From NCBI RefSeq assembly GCF_000002075.1, contig NW_004797271.1:5626237-5690236 (forward strand): DNA of 64,000 nt, read 5' to 3'. Below are positions 61,416-64,000 of the stretch, one piece after another. The position numbers and the translations under genes were made by a program. The stretch's first letter is position 1, and every line of letters starts with the position of its first letter. The DNA comes from Aplysia californica. Lineage: Eukaryota. Below the pieces are notes generated by a model. That model saw nothing but the letters and a program-made list of their open reading frames with translations. It made no database searches and had not been told where the DNA came from.

Positions 61416-62261
61416 GTAATGAATATAGACCTGTACCGTGACGATACAGTTCTCCAGCATATACCCCAATGTTCCTCTATTTTCATGTCCTATTTTTGAA
61501 TGTCAACCTTGGAGTACCACTTCCAACTATTCTTGATTTTAATAATTTTAGCATACATTTCTTTCACTGTGGACCCTATTAAGCTCCCGTAGAATCATTG
61601 CATTGACAATTTCTTTGGACCTAGACAAACTAGAAAAAAAAAGTTTCTTTCTGATAGTGATTTTCTTTCTGAAATCAAAAGTCAATTTACCGGATCAACT
61701 GACAGATTTTTCAGCTGTGGCAGCAATCCAAAGATAGACAAAAAGAATGAGTGAATGAAAGTAAAAATGTACTGCCAACCAACCCGCATTGAATGCATAG
61801 CGGCCAACCAACCCGCAATAAATGCATAGCGGGATAATGGCTGATTGCAGGAAACGCACAATCTGGTAGGTTTCTATAACGTTAACTTATTGCAGAGAGA
61901 ATTACCATAAAATATCCTTCATTTATGTAGGGTGATACAAGGAATCATATTAGCCCTACACTATTGCACTTTTTTACGGATGGAATAGATAATGATGGTG
62001 TCAGATAGTATGGATTTCCGCAACAACAAAAAAACAACGGAAGATTGGAAGCACTGTGTGTAGAGAGAGACACCTAGTAACCTTCATAACCATCTCTCCC
62101 TTCACCCGCGGCTTGAGCTTGCAGTGGCGTGGCTTGCTCCATCAAAAAGTGTTACTCTCTCTCTCTCTCTCTCTTACTTTATACACATTGTTAACGAGCC
62201 TTTGTCCCTGCTATAACCGATTTGGCTCCGATGAGGCCCTGTTATAGCCAATCACTTTTAA

Positions 62262-62971
62262 CCCTCTTAGCGCTAAGCCATTTTTATCATTAAGTGCTAG
62301 GTCTATTTTAGAAAAATGTTAATTTTCAACATGGCTATAAAAAAGCTCATATCTTTCTTATTTATCATTTCTAATTACAGTAAGAAGGAAAAATGTGTCT
62401 TAATAAACAACGAACTACCCTTATGTCTGGTCAGATGTGTTTTTTAATGATGATGTTATTGTTGGTATCAAAATCCTCATCATTTTTAGTCCAGCCTGCT
62501 TGGAGATCAGCTGGAAGATTGACGTCCCCTTCTGGGCTTAACCTTGCTAGATCTAGATTTAGATCAATGACACGATATCCCCATCATTCACATGTAGATC
62601 TAAATCTTTTATTTGAGGACCTAATTCAGCTAACTCTTTATCACTGTGGTCCGATTCCAGATAAATGTTGGGTAAATCTGAGTCTAAATCAGCTGACGAA
62701 TCCGATATTTTGAAAACGGTAAACAATATCCCAGAAAATTGCCGATAAAAAAATCCCAACCGATCCCGGACTGTGAAATGCGTGGCCAGCGGCACCAATA
62801 AACGTTGCACTGGTGGACTGTAGCCACTAACAGTTTAAAAAATGGCTATATCATGTCAGCGGTATAGTTTCTACACTCATGTCGGATCACGACCGGTGGT
62901 CACGATGCGCGCGGAAGGGAGGTATGAGTCATCACGACCTGACGACCTGGTCGTGATGTGCATGCAGAGGG
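62262..62971. mobile_element. piggyBac-like MITE, TTAA TSD
   Basis: ttaa-CCCTCT ... AGAGGG-ttaa with a subterminal CACGACC..GGTCGTG palindrome. Confidence 0.7.
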
Positions 62972-63038
62972 TTAATAGAGACAAAGTTTAGAAACAAAAT
63001 GGGGATTTTAAAAATCCGTTATAACCGGATCCCTGTTA

Positions 63039-63190
63039 TTACTGGGCCTGTTTATAGCGTTTCCACTGTAATAGAAAGTGCAGGATCGTTAGGTTGGTAT
63101 CGCATCTGACACAAAATGCTTTATCGTCACCATGCAGGAGGTGTTTGTCAGAGAGTTCAGAGGCATACCCAATACGTAATTTAGCTATAT
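63039..63190 (-). mobile_element. I-group (I/Nimb-like) LINE ORF2 C-terminal fragment
   Basis: KLRIGY...HLLHGDDKAFCVRCDTNLTILHFLL resembles RLRIGH..CxxC..TxxHxL zinc knuckle. Confidence 0.65.
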
Positions 63191-64000
63191 ATACAACTTT
63201 GTATCTTATGGAGAGACATACCTTGACAATACAGTTACCCAACGTAAATCCTAATTTTCCTCCATTTTCAAGTTTGAATGTCGTATGTCACAACCTCGGA
63301 ACACACCTTCAAATTTTTCTTGATTTTAGTAGTTTTAGCATAGATTTCTTTGCCCTGCGTAGACTCAATGAAGCAAAGCCAATAAAAATTTCATTTTTTG
63401 CTTTAGCCCTTTTTTATTTGGTACCTAATAGTGTTTTTGATTTTAAGAATTAAGCTTTTTGAATTTTAAGAATCGGTTCATAAATAAAAAAGTTCAGGGG
63501 TTGTAAAGGTCGGCATAAAATGTATGACCCACATATAGGAAAATACTCTAAAAGTGGACCACGCAATAGCAGATTCTGTAAGAAAATCGACAATTGATTA
63601 TTTCTCAATAATTAAGAGGAGTGTTAGCAGTGCTTCCACCAGCTGAAGCTGAAAAGTAAGTAAAATTCAGCAGGGTCCAGGGGCAGCGTCCCAGTAGGGG
63701 TTCAGGGGGAGAAGCCCCGAAGAAATTGAAATTTAAGGCCTTTAAAGGGTTGAAAATGGCATTTGGGAGCCTGTTTGAAGAGATTGCCTGCAAACCATAA
63801 CATTTATTTTTTCATTAACATTTTGTCTTGTTTAATTTCTTCGCCAAGATCTGCATTTCCATTGGTGGCAATGTTTAAAAGCAGGTTCCCCTCCCATTGC
63901 TACTATAATATAATTAATTTGTCATCGCACCATTTGATAGAAGGCAAACCTGGGAATAATGAAGATATGTACTTTCACACCCCAGTTACCTGCCTAATTT

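Overview
Eukaryotic (animal) genomic DNA from a draft assembly with 7 N-gaps; the repeat content suggests a lophotrochozoan, probably a mollusc (inference). About 42 kb is one minus-strand gene, an ATRX orthologue (ADD zinc-finger domain, long acidic/basic linker, SNF2-family ATPase). I reconstructed it by hand as 30 coding exons (60326 to 18204), all GT-AG where visible and phase-consistent, 6852 nt / about 2283 aa. Its promoter lies beyond the right edge. Downstream, on the same strand, are the probable first exons of a second, unidentified gene encoding a signal-peptide protein (ATG at 2812). Introns and intergenic DNA hold tRNA-derived SINEs (one with a Deu/Nin-like core), several non-autonomous retroelement families sharing one structured 3' tail, L2, RTE and I-clade LINE fragments, and MITEs (piggyBac-, Kolobok-, Tc1/mariner- and hAT-like). 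I see no prokaryote-type systems and cannot claim a wholly new biological system. The best leads are: tandemly duplicated 3' splice sites in two ATRX introns, two DAXX-binding-like helices and a 17-aa coding minisatellite in ATRX, a 49-bp fold-back hairpin in an ATRX intron, a covarying retroelement tail shared by three families that insert into each other, and the unannotated secreted-protein gene. Comparisons with human ATRX and repeat consensus sequences are from memory, not from alignments.
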